Notes: generated from the letters alone by a model not told the origin. A DNA stretch of 64,000 bases from Neocallimastix sp. 'constans' (GCA_050613775.1 JBODTK010000010.1:930001-994000), one strand, 5' to 3'. Shown: positions 1 to 14,683, numbered from the stretch's first letter. Numbers and translations: made by a program.

Positions 1-677
1 TTATAGTAGTTCTTTTCATTTTCACCATAATTGAATTTTGGACAGAAGTTATAAAACTTATAAACATTTCTATCATAAAGATGAGATAATATATTTCTTT
101 ATACATTTGTATAAAAATTTAAAATTAAATTTTGAGTTTTCTTTGGATGATTATAATATCCAAAGAAAAAGTAATGAAAAATATTAACTTAAGTAAATAC
201 TTTTATTGTAAGTATAATGGAAGGGAATTATATGAAGAAGTTCAAAATATGCTATAAAAAATTCAAAAGAAAAATATGCTGAATTTATTGAAATAATTAA
301 TAGTATTGAGGATGTTTATTAAAGATTGGGTTACAGGTAATATATGTTTTTAAGAAAAAGAAATTATAATATTAACTTTATAATTGAAACTATTGACATT
401 TAATAATAAATTTTATATATATATTGAACTTTTTGCATTATCTTTCAAAAGTAATATATAATATTTTTTTTAATGAATAATTTTGAATATATTTTAAATA
501 ATTTAAATTTCTTAATAATTTAATTTATTATAATATTTGTTATTTAATTGTTTTATAATGGATTAATTTTAATTATGTTAAAATTATATAATTACTTTTT
601 ATAATTAACTTAATTTTAAAATAAACATAAATAATGTTAATAATATATTACATATTACAATTTAATGTATTACGTAT

Positions 678-708
<31 letters not shown>

Positions 709-1251
709 TTTTTCTACAATTTTCTACATTATTTTAATAATAATTTTATTTTCTTTATTTTTCTATAAAAATTTTCTTCTATTACTTCTTTTTTTTCTTT
801 AATTTCTTAATAATTATTAATAATATTAAAAATAATTATAAATATTTCGGTATAAATTTTAATAAATATTATTTATTAATATTTATTATTATTAAAAGGA
901 AATTCTTTATATCAAAATTTAATTTACCAAACATTAATAATTCATTATTTCTTATTTTTTTTTGTTATTATAAAAAAAAAATATAAATATGACAAAAAAA
1001 TCAGTTTAAAATTTTTTAAATTCGTTAATTTTTAAATATAAAAAATTATTTAAAATATTTATTATACAATAGTATAAAAGCGTTTATAAAAATTAAATAA
1101 AATCAAAAAGGTTATATATTTAAACATAAAAAGAAATATAAAAAAATATAATTTAAAAGAAATATAAAATAAAAATATATATATATTATTAATAAATAAT
1201 ACAAGAAAAAAAAAATAATAAAAAATAAAAAAAATATAATTTAAATTCAAA

Positions 1252-1869
1252 ATGTCTTTATTCTTTTTAAATGATCCAATTAAGGAAAGCGATCGCTCAA
1301 TCTTAAATAATTCAGTATTAGATGATAATAAAAGTGATAAAAGTGATGATAATGAATATTATAATCATCCTTTAGTTTCTGGTTATCCTTATTTCTTTGG
1401 TTATCCTCCTTATGCTTATCATCCAAATCCTCAATCCGCTAAATCTTCTCAAAAATCATCTCAAAAGTCAAATAATAATACTGCAAAAAGACAATCATCT
1501 CAGGCTTTAGATAAAGATGTCTATAAGTTAGTAGATTTCCGTCCAAAGAATAATCTTTGTGAAGATGATAAAAACTACTATATTCAATTAGATTTACCAG
1601 GTATGACTAAAGAACAAATTCATATGGAATTATCTGAAGATAGTATTTTAATAATTTCAGGTGAAAGAGAAAATAAATATAAAAAGGCACCTAATATGAA
1701 AATTAGTAAGATGGAATGTGAATATGGTAAATTCTCTAGATCTTTCAGTATTCCTGAAACAGCTGATCTTGACAAGATCGAAGCTAAAATGGAGAATGGA
1801 TCATTACAAGTTATAATACCTAAAGCTGAACCACCTAAGAATCAACGTCGTACTATTCAAGTTCAATAA
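1252..1869 (+). CDS. Small heat-shock protein (HSP20/alpha-crystallin domain), paralogue 1
   Basis: 205-aa ORF. C-terminal alpha-crystallin motifs YYIQLDLPGM, LIISGERE, ECEYGKFSRSF, IEAKMENGSLQVIIPK and a terminal I-x-V motif (RTIQVQ). Confidence 0.95.
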   Translation: MSLFFLNDPIKESDRSILNNSVLDDNKSDKSDDNEYYNHPLVSGYPYFFGYPPYAYHPNPQSAKSSQKSSQKSNNNTAKRQSSQALDKDVYKLVDFRPKNNLCEDDKNYYIQLDLPGMTKEQIHMELSEDSILIISGERENKYKKAPNMKISKMECEYGKFSRSFSIPETADLDKIEAKMENGSLQVIIPKAEPPKNQRRTIQVQ

Positions 1870-2245
1870 ATATAATTGATTATTAACAATTTATTTTATG
1901 AATTTGAATATTCAATATTAAATATTAAATTATAAAATTATTGAATTAAAAATATACCACTATCAATTTATTATTAAATATATTATTATAAAAAAAAAAT
2001 AGATTAATAATTTATTTACTTTGCATGTAAATAGAAAATCATTAAAAAATAAAAATAAAATAAAATAAAACTATATTAAAAAATAAAAAATAATTTAAAA
2101 AAAATGTTTATCTTTGTATAAAATTTGAGTATTTTTTAATAAATATTTAAATTTAAAAATAATTTTATTTATTTATTTTTTTTGTTTTTGTTTTTTGTTT
2201 TTTGTTTTGGATTTTTTACTGAATTTATTTATTAAAAATAAGTTG

Positions 2246-2940
2246 TTTTTTTTTTTAGATTAGGAATAAACTTCATTTAATAATATTTATTAAAAACATA
2301 CATAAAAATAAAATGTATGTAATTTTTTACATTAACATTTAATAACTACTTTATGAGTTTTGAGGACGAAACCGACCTCTAATTCTTCCCATTTATCAAT
2401 GATAACTCCATATGGATAAAAATTGTCATTAAATCTGTATCAAATTTCTTCTTTATATTATCGTTTCGATGTCGATGCTCTTGACAACGGTAGATCTAAT
2501 AGTATACAAATTGATCATAGTGTAAAAACCAGTAATTACAATAGGTTTTTTTTTTTTTTAACGGCAGCAAACTTGTTTCATCTTTATTAATTAAATATGT
2601 GATAAAATACATGTAATAAAAAGAAATAAGATAAAAAATAAACAAAAAAAAATCACAATAGGTATAACTTTTTTTATTTTTATTTTTATTTTTTTTTTTT
2701 TTTTTACAATAGGAATAATATTAGTAAGGAATTTCGAAAGTCCACAAAATATGAAATCTAAAAAGAATATTCACTCGAAGAGGACTGAAAGATATTATAT
2801 ATAAAACACCTTCTTTTCCCCGAGCCGACCTTTAATATTCTATATACTACATTTCCACTAGGAAGGCGACACATTAAGTACAAATTAATATCATTAAAAT
2901 CTTCCTCTTTGTCCATCATGAATGTTCAATAATTTTTCTT
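2246..2940 (-). mobile_element. 5'-truncated non-LTR retrotransposon 3' end (family C), interrupted by two short poly(A)-type insertions
   Basis: Poly(T) 2246-2256 is followed by sequence collinear with 47233-47760. It is interrupted by poly(T) plus the family A 3' end (AACGGCAGCAAACTTGTTTCATC, 2546-2654) and by a T-rich tract 2669-2705. ACAATAGG occurs at 2538, 2655 and 2706. Confidence 0.85.
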
Positions 2941-4382
2941 TTGTTTAATAAAACATATAAATTTAAATTATTAAAATATTAAAAATAAAAAAAAACACTA
3001 AATTTGGAAAGATTTCTATAACGAAAAATAATTTATATTTTATATTTTTTTTGGATTTTTTATTATTTTACAATTTTTTTTGGTTTTTTTATTATTTTAC
3101 AATTTTTTTTGGTTTTTTTATTATTTTACAATTTTTTTTGGATTTTAATATTTTATATATTTTTATGATAGATATATTATAAATAGTTATTAAAATAAAA
3201 TGAATAATCAAATTAAAAATATTTTTAATTTGATTAATTACATTATGAATAAATTATTGTTTTGGAAATATATTTCATATTTTTTCACAATTATTTATGA
3301 TGAATTTATGATATTCATAAAAAAAATTTTCTATTTAATATATGGTTTTAGTCAAAAATATTATTAAAAAATAATTAAAACTTATAGGCTATATCGAAAT
3401 TATTCTATGAAAAATAAAAAGTAATTTATGTACAAATTATGATTTTAATTAATTATGTGTAAATTTAGTAATTAATTTATTTTTTATATTAGAAAGGTTA
3501 TTTTTATTTTTTTAATCAAGCATTTCCTTAAAATATAATTTAAAACAATTTATTATACTCGACTAATGTTATAATATTAATAATATTTAAAAAATCATCA
3601 ACAGATTTTAAATATTAGCTAAATAGAAATTTTGATTATCCACCAAAACCAGAAGCTATCCATTATATATTATTATCAGTGTAGTTAATAAATTTTCCAG
3701 TTATAATATATTTAGAAGATAAAAATATTCTCCTTTTATAAATAAATTCTTTCAAATTAATATTGTATTTAATTTATCACATATGGTACTTGTATTTATA
3801 GTTTCTTTTTATACCAATGCTATTTCATTCTAAATTAGATAGCACGTAAGAAAAAAATGAATTAAAAATTCTTACTTGACTTTACAAATAGTACTCGCTA
3901 TCCTTTTACAAAATTTTATATTACTTAGAGTTTTTCCTGTTTCTATCTTTTTTATAATATTAGGGTTAAATTTTTGTTTAAATAACATTAAAATCATATT
4001 TTGAGTTAGAAGAGAAATAATTTTTTATGCCTTAGTCAGTTCTAAAATATTAATTCCATTTTAGTTTATAGCTAAATCTAAAACTATAATAAATTATAAT
4101 CTTTTTATAAATTAAAAAAATAAAAAAGAATAATTTATCATAAATATTATTTTTGCTTATATTAAATCATGGTATTATTTTTTTTATCAATTCAAATAAA
4201 TTCAATTAGAAATATTAATTATACGAAAAAAAAAATTAAAGAAATAATTCTTAATTATTGTTTTTTCTTAATTAAAATTTCTAAAATAATTATCAATGAA
4301 ACGAATAAAAAATATTATTCATAGATTAATAATCCTATTCACAATGTTAAAAAAAATTATCTTGGGAGAATAAAATACTTTC

Positions 4383-6287
4383 TTAATTCTTAGCTTGCTT
4401 TAATCTAGCTTCTAAAGCATCTAATTCAGCTGAAAGTTTAGCTGGTAAATGACTACCAAATTGTGAATGATATTCACGTATCTTTTGAACTTCATTCAAA
4501 TAGGCATCAACATCAACAGTTAAAATCTTCTTTAAATCTTCCTTTGGAATATCTAAACCACTCAAATCAAGAGATTCAATGGTTGGTAAATATCCAATTG
4601 GTGTTTCAACTGCTGAATTTTCTTTTCCTTCAATACGATCAATAATCCATTTCAATACACGAGAATTTTCACCATAACCAGGCCATAAGAAACGACCATT
4701 GTCCTTACGGAACCAGTTTACATTGAAAATTTTTGGTAATGTATTTGGATCCTTGACCTTATCTACAAATGATAACCAATATCCAAAGTAGTCTCCCATA
4801 TTATAACCACAGAATGGTAACATTGCAAATGGATCAAATCTAAGTGTACCTTGTTTTCCTTCAGCTGCTGCAGTACGTTCTGAAGCTACTGAAGAACCTA
4901 AAAGTACCCCATGATTCCAATCACGAGATTGTAAAACTAATGGAACTGTATTTTCTCTTCTTCCTCCAAATATGAAAGCAGAAACAGGAACTGCTTTACA
5001 TCCATTACTGTAATATTCCTTATCAGCAACTGGACAATTGGCTGCAACTGCCGTAAATCGAGAGTTTGGATGAGCTAATGGTAATTTATCCGCCGGTTTG
5101 ATCTTACTATCAAATTCTTGTCCTTTCCAATTAATTGTCTTTCCTTCTGGATATTCTTTACTCATTCCTTCCCACCAAACATCTCCATCTTCAGTTAAAG
5201 CCACATTCGTAAATATTGTATCTTTAGAACAAGATAACATAGCATTTGGATTAGATTTCATTGATGTTCCAGGAGCAACACCAAAGAAACCAGCTTCTGG
5301 ATTAATAGCATATAATCGTCCATCTTCCTTATTAAGTTTCAACCAGGCAATATCATCACCTACACATTCAACCTTCCAACCTTCTAATGTTGGGTTTAAC
5401 ATAGCTAAATTAGTTTTACCACAAGCACTAGGGAAGGCTGCACAAACATAATACTTCTTGTTTTCCGGGCTTGTTAAACCTAAGATTAACATGTGTTCTG
5501 CTAATGCATCGCCTTCTTCATTACACATCTTAGTTGCTATACGTAAAGCAAAGCATTTCTTACCAAGTAAAGCATTACCACCATAACCTGAACCAAATGA
5601 CCAAATTTGATGACTTTCAGGGAATTGAACAATATATTTAGTTTGATTACATGGCCATGAAATATCTTTTTGTCCCTTTTCTAATGGATAGCCAACACTA
5701 TGAACACATGGAATAAATTCTTGATCATCCTTTAAGGCTTCTAAGACATTCTTACCCATCTTAGTCATGATTCTCATATTGACAACTACATAACCAGAAT
5801 CTGTCAATTGAATACCAATACGTGAAAGATCACCACCGACAGGACCCATAGAGAATGGGATAACATAAAGAGTTCTACCTTTCATACTTCCATCAAAGCA
5901 CTTATTAAGAATAGCTCTCATTTCAGCTGGGGCCATCCAATTGTTGGTTGGTCCTGCATCTTCTTCCTTTTCAGAACAAATGTATGTACATTTTTCAACT
6001 CTAGCAACATCAGATGGATCAGATCTAGCTAAGTAACAATTTGGTCTTTTCTTTTCGTTCAACTTAGTAAAGACTCCAGATTTAACTAAGCTGTCAATAA
6101 TTTCTTGGTTTTCTTCGATAGAACCATCACAAATCCAAACATTATCCGGTTTTAAAAGTTCAACCTTTTCAGCAATCCAATTCTTAATTCTTTCATTCTT
6201 TTCAATTAATTGGTAGTTACGGTAGCTAATGTTTCCAACGGTAGTGTAGGCAGCAGAGTTAGCAGAGGCAGTAGTAGCAGAAGACAT
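4383..6287 (-). CDS. PEPCK: Phosphoenolpyruvate carboxykinase, GTP-dependent type
   Basis: 634-aa ORF with GTP-PEPCK motifs [78 protein letters not shown]. Confidence 0.97.
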   Translation of the reverse strand: MSSATTASANSAAYTTVGNISYRNYQLIEKNERIKNWIAEKVELLKPDNVWICDGSIEENQEIIDSLVKSGVFTKLNEKKRPNCYLARSDPSDVARVEKCTYICSEKEEDAGPTNNWMAPAEMRAILNKCFDGSMKGRTLYVIPFSMGPVGGDLSRIGIQLTDSGYVVVNMRIMTKMGKNVLEALKDDQEFIPCVHSVGYPLEKGQKDISWPCNQTKYIVQFPESHQIWSFGSGYGGNALLGKKCFALRIATKMCNEEGDALAEHMLILGLTSPENKKYYVCAAFPSACGKTNLAMLNPTLEGWKVECVGDDIAWLKLNKEDGRLYAINPEAGFFGVAPGTSMKSNPNAMLSCSKDTIFTNVALTEDGDVWWEGMSKEYPEGKTINWKGQEFDSKIKPADKLPLAHPNSRFTAVAANCPVADKEYYSNGCKAVPVSAFIFGGRRENTVPLVLQSRDWNHGVLLGSSVASERTAAAEGKQGTLRFDPFAMLPFCGYNMGDYFGYWLSFVDKVKDPNTLPKIFNVNWFRKDNGRFLWPGYGENSRVLKWIIDRIEGKENSAVETPIGYLPTIESLDLSGLDIPKEDLKKILTVDVDAYLNEVQKIREYHSQFGSHLPAKLSAELDALEARLKQAKN

Positions 6288-7409
6288 TTTTGATTTGTAT
6301 TAAAAATTTGTTTTATAAAAAAGTATGGGTGGTTTTGAAAAATAAAAAGTTTAAAAGTAAAATATATTACAAATATAAGATTTTATTATAAAAATTTTAA
6401 AATATGAAAACTAAAGTTTCAAATATTTAAAAATATTAAAAAAATTAAAAAGTTGTTTATAAAAAAAACTAATCACTGGTAACGAAGTTTGAAATTAAAA
6501 GAATATCTTTCTTTTAATATAATATGTTGTTTGAATTTTATTATTTAAAAATAAAATGTATAATTGGTGAAGAAAAAAAAAGAAAAAAGCGAACTTTTGA
6601 AGTCTATTTATACACATTTAGATTTTTACAAAATAAAATACATAATCACCTTTTTCATTTTATTTAATTACATTTTCATTCTATTTTTACAAAATAAATT
6701 AAATTTCAATCAAATATCAAATCAAATAATTAATAATAAATAAGTAAATAAATAAAATAATTGATTTAATAAATTCTAATGAATTTTTCCATATATTGAA
6801 TATTATTTAATAAATTTAATCACTAACCTTAAATACTTAAAAAAGTAAAAAATAATTAAATCAAACATTTTCCAAATTTGTATTACTTTTAATCAAATGT
6901 ATTAACATCTTTTTTCTTTGTATTACGCCTTTTATTATTTATATTGAAATAATATATTATTTTTAAATTGATGCATATTATTTATTATACAAAACTCTAA
7001 AATGTTCTATTTTGAATTTTTACATTTTGAGTTATATAATATAAATTTATGTAAATTTATATATTAAAAAAAATATAAATAATATAAATACAATATAAGA
7101 ATACTTTATAAAGTATATTGTACTAAACATTAACTTAATACATACTATAAATAAAACTATATACATTTTTATATTTATATAAAATTTTAATATACTTCTA
7201 TTATAATTATAATAATAACTCTGCATTTAAATTGATTTATTTATTAATAATTATAAACGTATTTTATAACTATTACATACAAAAAAAAATATTTTTTATA
7301 AAATTATAGATATTATATTTATTTTTTTATATTTAATAATATACATACATTATTTGAATTATTGATATAAAAATTTACAATATTAACTTTTATTTATTTT
7401 TTGTTTACT

Positions 7410-7910
7410 ATTATATTTTATTATTTATTATTTATTATTTATTATTTATTATTTATTTTTTATTATTTATTATTTATTATTTATTATTTATTATTTATTA
7501 TTTATTATTTATTATTTATTTTTTATTATTTATTATTTATTATTTATTATTTATTATTTATTAATAAATACTCTTTTTATTTTTTTTTTATTATTTATTA
7601 TTTATTATTTACTATTTATTATTCAATTATTTATTTTTTATTATTTATTTTTTATTATTTATTATTTATTATTTATTATTTATTATTTATTATTTATTAT
7701 TTATTATTTATTATTCAATTATTTATTATTTATTATTTATTATTTATTATTTATTATTTATTATTTATTATTTATTATTTATTATTTATTATTTATTATT
7801 TATTATTTATTATTTATTATTTATTATTTATTATTTATTATTTATTATTTATTATTTATTATTTATTATTTATTATTTATTATTTATTATTTATTATTTA
7901 TTATTATTTA
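7410..7910. repeat. (TTTATTA)n heptamer tandem repeat
   Basis: Directly visible 7-nt periodicity. It generates the spurious IIYYLLF ORF. Confidence 0.9.
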
Positions 7911-9749
7911 TTAATTTATATGTATTATTTATTGTTTTGTATTTATTGTTTATATTCATTATTCATCTTTTATTATTTATTAATTTATTTTTATTATTGA
8001 TTATTGCTTATTATTGTCTTATATTTATTAATTTATTCCCTTATTCATTCATTTATTTATTTATTTATTTATTTATTAAGATACATTAAAGCTCGATCTT
8101 TATGCATGAGAAAATAAAAAAATAAAAAAATTACACGTAATAATTACATTTAAAAAAACAAACATACAAGCAAAAAGAAAAAAATCATATATTATTTTTC
8201 TTATTTAAATATATAAAGATTTAAAGTTTGATATAATTAATATATATTTCAATATAAATGCACTTTTGAAGTCTTTTAACATATAAATAATCATAATAGC
8301 ATTAAATTTGATAGCATTATTATAATAAATAGGTAATATAGTTAATTTATTAAGTAATAATAAAGAGAATATATCTATTTCTTTTAAAAAAAAAAATAAT
8401 ATGTTATAAAAAGAATTCTTAAGATTTAATAATTTTTATTATTTAATTATATATTTAAATGGTAATTTAAAAAAAATAATAATAATAATAATATCCTATA
8501 TCCTATATAATTAACAAGTAAAAAAATATCAAACGACACAATACTCAAAAGAATCAATATTTATTATGGAAGGTCATTAAACTAAAGAAAAAAAAAAAGT
8601 CATTATATGATTAATTTCTTATTAAATACTTTAAACTATAAATATATAATATCAATATTATGTTTTTCTTTTTAAATAGGTTGGTTTAAATAAAAAGTGC
8701 TTCCTTTCAATAAATATTGTAAAGATATATTGGTATTTTAATATATTATTATTAAAATAATAATAATTTTAATAATCAATAATTATTATTAAATATATAA
8801 GTTTTTTTTATAAAAATCTATACATTATATATAAAAATTATATTTTTGATCAATAAAAATAAATTAAACATTTTTATGGTTAAAAATTTTTTTTGGTTAA
8901 AAAAATTTTTTTTTATATATATAAACTAACTTTGTTTACATCCTCTTTTTTTTTTTTTTTTTTTTGTATTAATAGCTCTTATTAGGTCAAAGGATACATT
9001 AATAAATATCTTTATATATTATATTATGTTCCTTGTAATTATTTACTGATAGTAATCTTTACAATGAATTTAATAATGACATACATAAATAGAAAATATA
9101 TATATGTGTATGTGAATTTTAATTATTTAAATATTTTAATTATAATAAAAAATATGTATATAAATGTTATTTAAAAATTACATATTGAAAATAAATAAAA
9201 ATAAATATTATTTTAATCATATTATTATTAAAGTTATTTTTATTAATTATTTTTTTTGGTTTATTTGTTTTTCTCTTAGATTATTTATACAATTCATTAT
9301 CATATTTATCATTTTTAATAATTTCAAAAAATGAATATACAATTATTCATATTTAACATAATTTTTTTTTTTTATTTATATTCAAATATTTATTTTATTA
9401 AATAAAAAATATTTTATTTAAATCATTTTTATTATTTTATTGTTATTAAATTTTATTATCATTAATTTTATGGGTATTAAATTTTATTTTTATTCCATTT
9501 CATAATATTTTCTTACATTTTATATTTAATTTTTATTTTTTGGTTCTATTAAAGTTAAAATAAATAATGTAATTACCAAAACTTAATAATGTAAAAAAAT
9601 TTTTACATAATAAATAAAAACATATAGTATTATTATGTAGAAAAAAAATAATAAAAGATATATAATCTATGTATTTCTATTCCTATTATTATTATATATA
9701 TATATAAATTTTTAAACAATAAAATTCTTATTATGGAAATTTGGAAATT

Positions 9750-10330
9750 GATATCTTATGAGAATTGCTGTTGAAAACATGGAATAACTTCAGTTCCAGA
9801 AGTATTAATGTTTAGACTCCTTGATTTCTTCCTTAGTTTCTTCCATATGAACCAAATCTTTTTTATCCTTTTCTTTATATTCTAAAACTACAGAACGTAT
9901 TTTAAAATAATAATCTTCATTATTATTTTAAATTTACTCAATACAATTATTGTATATCAACTTTTTATCTGGAGATTAAACAAAACAGAAGATATTATTG
10001 AGATCTTTAACCATTTAATAGATTTCTTGATCTGACGTAGATCCCAGGTATCTATCTACAGTAGAATCAAGAGGTTTGTAACCTTCATTAACATAAAAAT
10101 CATAGTCAATGTATGAGATAAGCTATCTTTGACCTTTATTATATTATTACACTTTTGGAGAACAACATTTTGTTAAACTTTTTACTTTATTAATATTATA
10201 GTTATTGAGGAGGAAGCATATAAATTTAATTATTTATTATAAATCCATATCATTTTTTTATTATTAGCACTTTAAATTTTAGTAACACATTTAAGATAAT
10301 ATTCTGGATTAAATAATTAACCATATGTAT
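9750..10330 (-). pseudogene. Degraded coding relic of unknown origin
   Basis: Island of higher complexity. The minus strand reads GQR*LISYIDYDFYVNEGYKPLDSTVDRYLGSTSDQEIY*MVKDLNNIF... and RSVVLEYKEKDKKDLVHMEETKEEIKESKH, with stops. No family recognised. Confidence 0.45.
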
Positions 10331-10471
10331 TAGTATTATTTTCAGAAGCTTGAATTATTTTATTTTATTTTATTTTGTTTTGTTTTGTTTTGTTTATTTT
10401 ATTCAATCTGTACTTTATATTTATATTTCTACTATTTATTTTATTTTATTTTTTATTTTTTATTTTTTATC

Positions 10472-10511
<40 letters not shown>

Positions 10512-10960
10512 GTTATTATTATTGTTATTATTATTATTATTAAAAGTATTAAAATTCCACAAAATTGAAAATTTTCGAAAAAATTCCTATATTGACATTA
10601 ATTTAATTTTTTATAATATATAAATAAATATAACTTAATCTTTTAAATATTATATTATTTAAAAGATTAAGTTATATTTAGTCATTACTTTAATTAATTA
10701 ATAGCTTAATAAATAAAATTTTCCATATTAATGAAATTAAAATTAATAAAAGTATGATATCTACCATAAAAAGAAATGTTAGTACTTATCTAAGCAAGAT
10801 TTTGATATTACCAACAATGATTTAAATATACGTCAATTTATAAATAAATATTTAATGGTTTTTAAGATATATAAATTTTTACATATGAAAGTTAACTTTA
10901 TATTTAATATAAAATTAAAAAAAAAAAAAAAAAGGTACACTAATACATGCTATAATAATT

Positions 10961-10993
<33 letters not shown>

Positions 10994-11531
10994 CAAAACC
11001 AAAATCTTCCATTAAAAATACACATTGTAAAAAATAATAAAAATATTATAAATTAATATAAAAATAAATTTTTTTTTTATAATTGAATTATTTAACTTTA
11101 TATTATTCAATCTCTACAATATATACACATAGATTTATACACGAAGAAGAAGGAAGAAAAAAAAAAAAAAAAAGCATGCTCACTCATATAATATTTGATG
11201 TATAACTTTTATTTTATTTTTTTATATTTTGAATGTTATTATATTTATATAATATTTTATTATTTTATTATTTTTTATATTTATATTTATATTTTATTTT
11301 ATATTATTTTATATTATTTTTTTTATTGTTTTATATTATTTTTTTTTATTTTTTTTTAAATATTTTATAATAAGATAATTTAACTCTATTTATAATAATA
11401 AATGATTGGTATAAGATAGATATAAAAATTGGTATAGATCAAATGCTATTTTACAAAAAAAAATTTTTATTTTATTTTATTTTTTCATTATTATCAATTT
11501 CAATAAATAAATTGTTACATTTCAATTATAT

Positions 11532-12143
11532 TTATTGAACTTGAATAGTACGACGTTGATTTTTAGGTGGTTCAGCTTTAGGTATTATAACTTGTAATGA
11601 TCCATTCTCCATTTTAGCTTCAATCTTATCAAGATCAGCTGTTTCAGGAACACTGAAAGATCTAGAGAATTTACCATATTCACATTCCATCTTACTAATT
11701 TTCATATTAGGTGCCTTTTTATATTTATTTTCTCTTTCACCTGAAATAATTATAATATTATCTTCAGATAATTCCATATGAATTTGTTCTTTAGTCATAC
11801 CCGGTAAATCTAATTGAATGTAGTAGTTTTTATCATCCTCACAAAGATTATTCTTTGGACGGAAGTCTACTAATTTATAGACATCTTTGTTGAAAGCTTG
11901 AGAAGATTGTCTTTTTGTAGTATTATTTGATTTTGGAGTTGACTTTGGTTTATTGGAAGACTTAGTAGCTTGAGAATTTGGATGATAAGCATATGGAGGA
12001 TAACCAAAGAAATAAGGAAAACCAGAAACCAAAGGATGATTGTAATCGTCGTTATCATCACTTTTATTATCATCAACAACAGAGTTGTTTAAGATAGAAC
12101 GGTCACTTTCTCTAATTGGGTCGTCAAAAAAGAATAAAGACAT
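11532..12143 (-). CDS. Small heat-shock protein (HSP20), paralogue 2
   Basis: 203-aa ORF, nearly identical to 1252-1869 in the alpha-crystallin domain. Confidence 0.95.
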   Translation of the reverse strand: MSLFFFDDPIRESDRSILNNSVVDDNKSDDNDDYNHPLVSGFPYFFGYPPYAYHPNSQATKSSNKPKSTPKSNNTTKRQSSQAFNKDVYKLVDFRPKNNLCEDDKNYYIQLDLPGMTKEQIHMELSEDNIIIISGERENKYKKAPNMKISKMECEYGKFSRSFSVPETADLDKIEAKMENGSLQVIIPKAEPPKNQRRTIQVQ

Positions 12144-13680
12144 TTTAGTTTTATATGTAACTTATTATTATTTTAATTATTTAATGAAGTTTAGTTATTT
12201 ATTATTATATTATATTTTATTTTTTTATTTATTCAATTTAATATAAATTTATAATTTATTATTATTATTGTTGTTAAACGCTTTTAATATTTTATTTTTT
12301 AACTTTTTTTTTTTTTTTTTTTTTCAGTTAATTATTTATTAATTATTTTTTAAATAATATTTAAATAAATAAAAAAAAAAAAAAAAAAAAGATATTTTGG
12401 GAAGTATTTATATTTTGGTTATGAATATAATAAGATTTATTTAAAAATTATTTATATTTTATTAAAATTATTAAATTATAAATAAATATTTATTATTTTA
12501 TTTATTTATTTATTTTTTATTATTAATATTATTATTATTATTTTTTTTTTTTTTTTTTAAATCTTGAAAATTTTGTAAATTAGAAAAAAAATATTTAAAA
12601 ATTAGAAAAATTGGAAAAATTTTGGGCAATACAAAGGAAGTTTTAAGAAAATTATTACTAAAAATTTTTTGATATTTTATAATACCATTAAAATTAAAAT
12701 AGTTTAAATAAAAATTTTTTTTCTTTTTTCTTTTTTCTTTTAGAAATATCGAGAAAAAAGAAATTTCTGGATAATACATTAAATAATGTAATACGTAGTA
12801 CATAATAGTACGTATTATGTATTATTTTATTAAATATTCTTTTAATTTAAATAAAAATATAAATTATATTTATATCTTAATTATATATAAATTAAAATTA
12901 AATAATAAAAACCATAATTATTATTATTCCACTACGCAAATCACAAATTTTAAAAATTTTTTTTTTCTTCTGTATTTTCTTAGAGAATATAACCATTTTT
13001 TTTTTTTATTGAATTTGAATATCCATTATAAATATAAAACTTATTTAAAACTATTATATTGATTATTATTATTATTATTATATATATAAACTAATTAATA
13101 CTACCATTGATTATTATAAAAAAAAAACTAATTAAAACTACCATTGATTATTATAAAAAAAAAAAAAAACTAATTAAAACTACCATTTGATTATTATATA
13201 TATAAATTAATTCCTTTTTAACCATCTAGATTTAGAAAATATATAATTCCATTTTTAAATAATTTTATTTTTTTATTTTTTATTGTAAATTAAATTTTCA
13301 TTTATTTATTAATAACAAATTTTTATTATGTCTAAAAATATTAATTCCGAAAGCTGTACCACCAAAAAAAAAAATATATATATATATATATATATTTTAC
13401 AATTATTTGAATTGTTCTAATATATAAAGTTAAAAGAGTTAAAAGAAATATAATTAATTTAATTATAATATACAAAATTTGGTTTAGCTTATTAATAGAA
13501 ATCTTAAAAATAAAATATTACTTAATTCTTTTCTTAAGATTCTTTTTTTTTTTTTTTTTTTTTTTTTTAGAAGTTATATTTTAAAAATTTAATTTTACTT
13601 ATACTCAAACATTAAATTTAAATTAATTAAAAAAATAGTATTTAATACAATTTAATATGAATATATAAGTTAAGAACAAT

Positions 13681-13777
13681 TAATAATAATAATAATAATA
13701 ATAATTAATAATAATAATAATAATAATAAATAATAACAATAATAATAAATAATAAATAATAATAATAAATAATAATA

Positions 13778-13813
<36 letters not shown>

Positions 13814-13856
13814 TAAATAATAATAATAAATAATAATAAATAATAATAATAATAAT
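13681..13856. repeat. (AAT)n/(AAAT) microsatellite
   Basis: Directly visible. Confidence 0.9.
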
Positions 13857-13919
13857 CAAATAAGAATATAAAATAATATAATTAATAATTTATCTGATAA
13901 TAACAATATAAAATTTAGT

Positions 13920-14458
13920 AATGCATTCTTATTTGGAAAATAATATATTTAGTTGAATATGGAGCTAATGTTAATAAAAGAAATACAAATGGAGTAACAT
14001 TAATATTAAAAGCATGTTGAAGTGGAAATGAAAATATTGTTAAATATTTAGTTGAACATGGAGTTGATGCTAATAAAGAAAATCATTTTAGAGTAACACC
14101 AATATTTAAAGCATGTTGGAGTGGAAATGAAAATACTGTTAAATATTTAGTTGAACATGGAACTGACGGTAATAAAGAAAATAAATATAGAGAACTACCA
14201 ATATTTATTGCATGTAAATATGAAAATGAAAATATTGTGAAATATCTAGTTGAACATGGAGCTGATGTTAATAAAAGAAATAATGGAGAAACCCTAATAT
14301 TTATTGCATGTAGGAGAGGATGTGAAGATACTGTAAAATGTCTAGTTGAATATGGAGGAAAAATTAATAAAAGAAATAATAATGGAGAATCACTAATATT
14401 TTGTGAAAAACATTATGAAAATATTGTAAAATATTTAATTGAACATAGATTCTATTAA
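13920..14458 (+). pseudogene. Truncated ankyrin-repeat pseudogene (about 5 repeats), paralogous to the 3' end of 16412-21165
   Basis: Same 99-nt unit (GGAAATGAAAATATTGT..AAATATTTAGTTGAACATGGAG). In-frame TGA near 14018 and no N-terminal domain. It ends KYLIEHRFY* where the long gene ends KYLIKHRYY*. Confidence 0.85.
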
Positions 14459-14683
14459 TAAATTTATGTTTATATTATATTAATCACAATATATATATAT
14501 ATTTTCAATTACATCTTCACATCAATTGTTATAAATATTTTAATCAGAAAAAAAAGATAAATAATAATAATAATATAATAATAATAATAAATAATATAAT
14601 AATAATAATAATATAATAATAATAATAATAATAATAATATAATAATAATAATAATAATAAAAGAATATTATAAATAAATTTTC

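Noticed and set aside
3590..4090. Possible degraded coding sequence (also 1-400)
   Set aside because: Slightly higher complexity, but no consistent frame or recognisable motif.
7401..8000. 199-aa hydrophobic ORF
   Set aside because: Translation of a (TTTATTA)n repeat with a TTG start; not a credible gene.
10350..10623. Poly-Ile/poly-Leu ORFs, and similar short ORFs at 1062, 12510, 12817, 46105 and 50510
   Set aside because: Low-complexity AT-rich tracts that lack stops by chance.
12600..12775. Heat-shock elements upstream of HSP20 genes
   Set aside because: GAA/TTC triplets exist, but no clean three-unit nGAAn array stands out from the AT-rich background.
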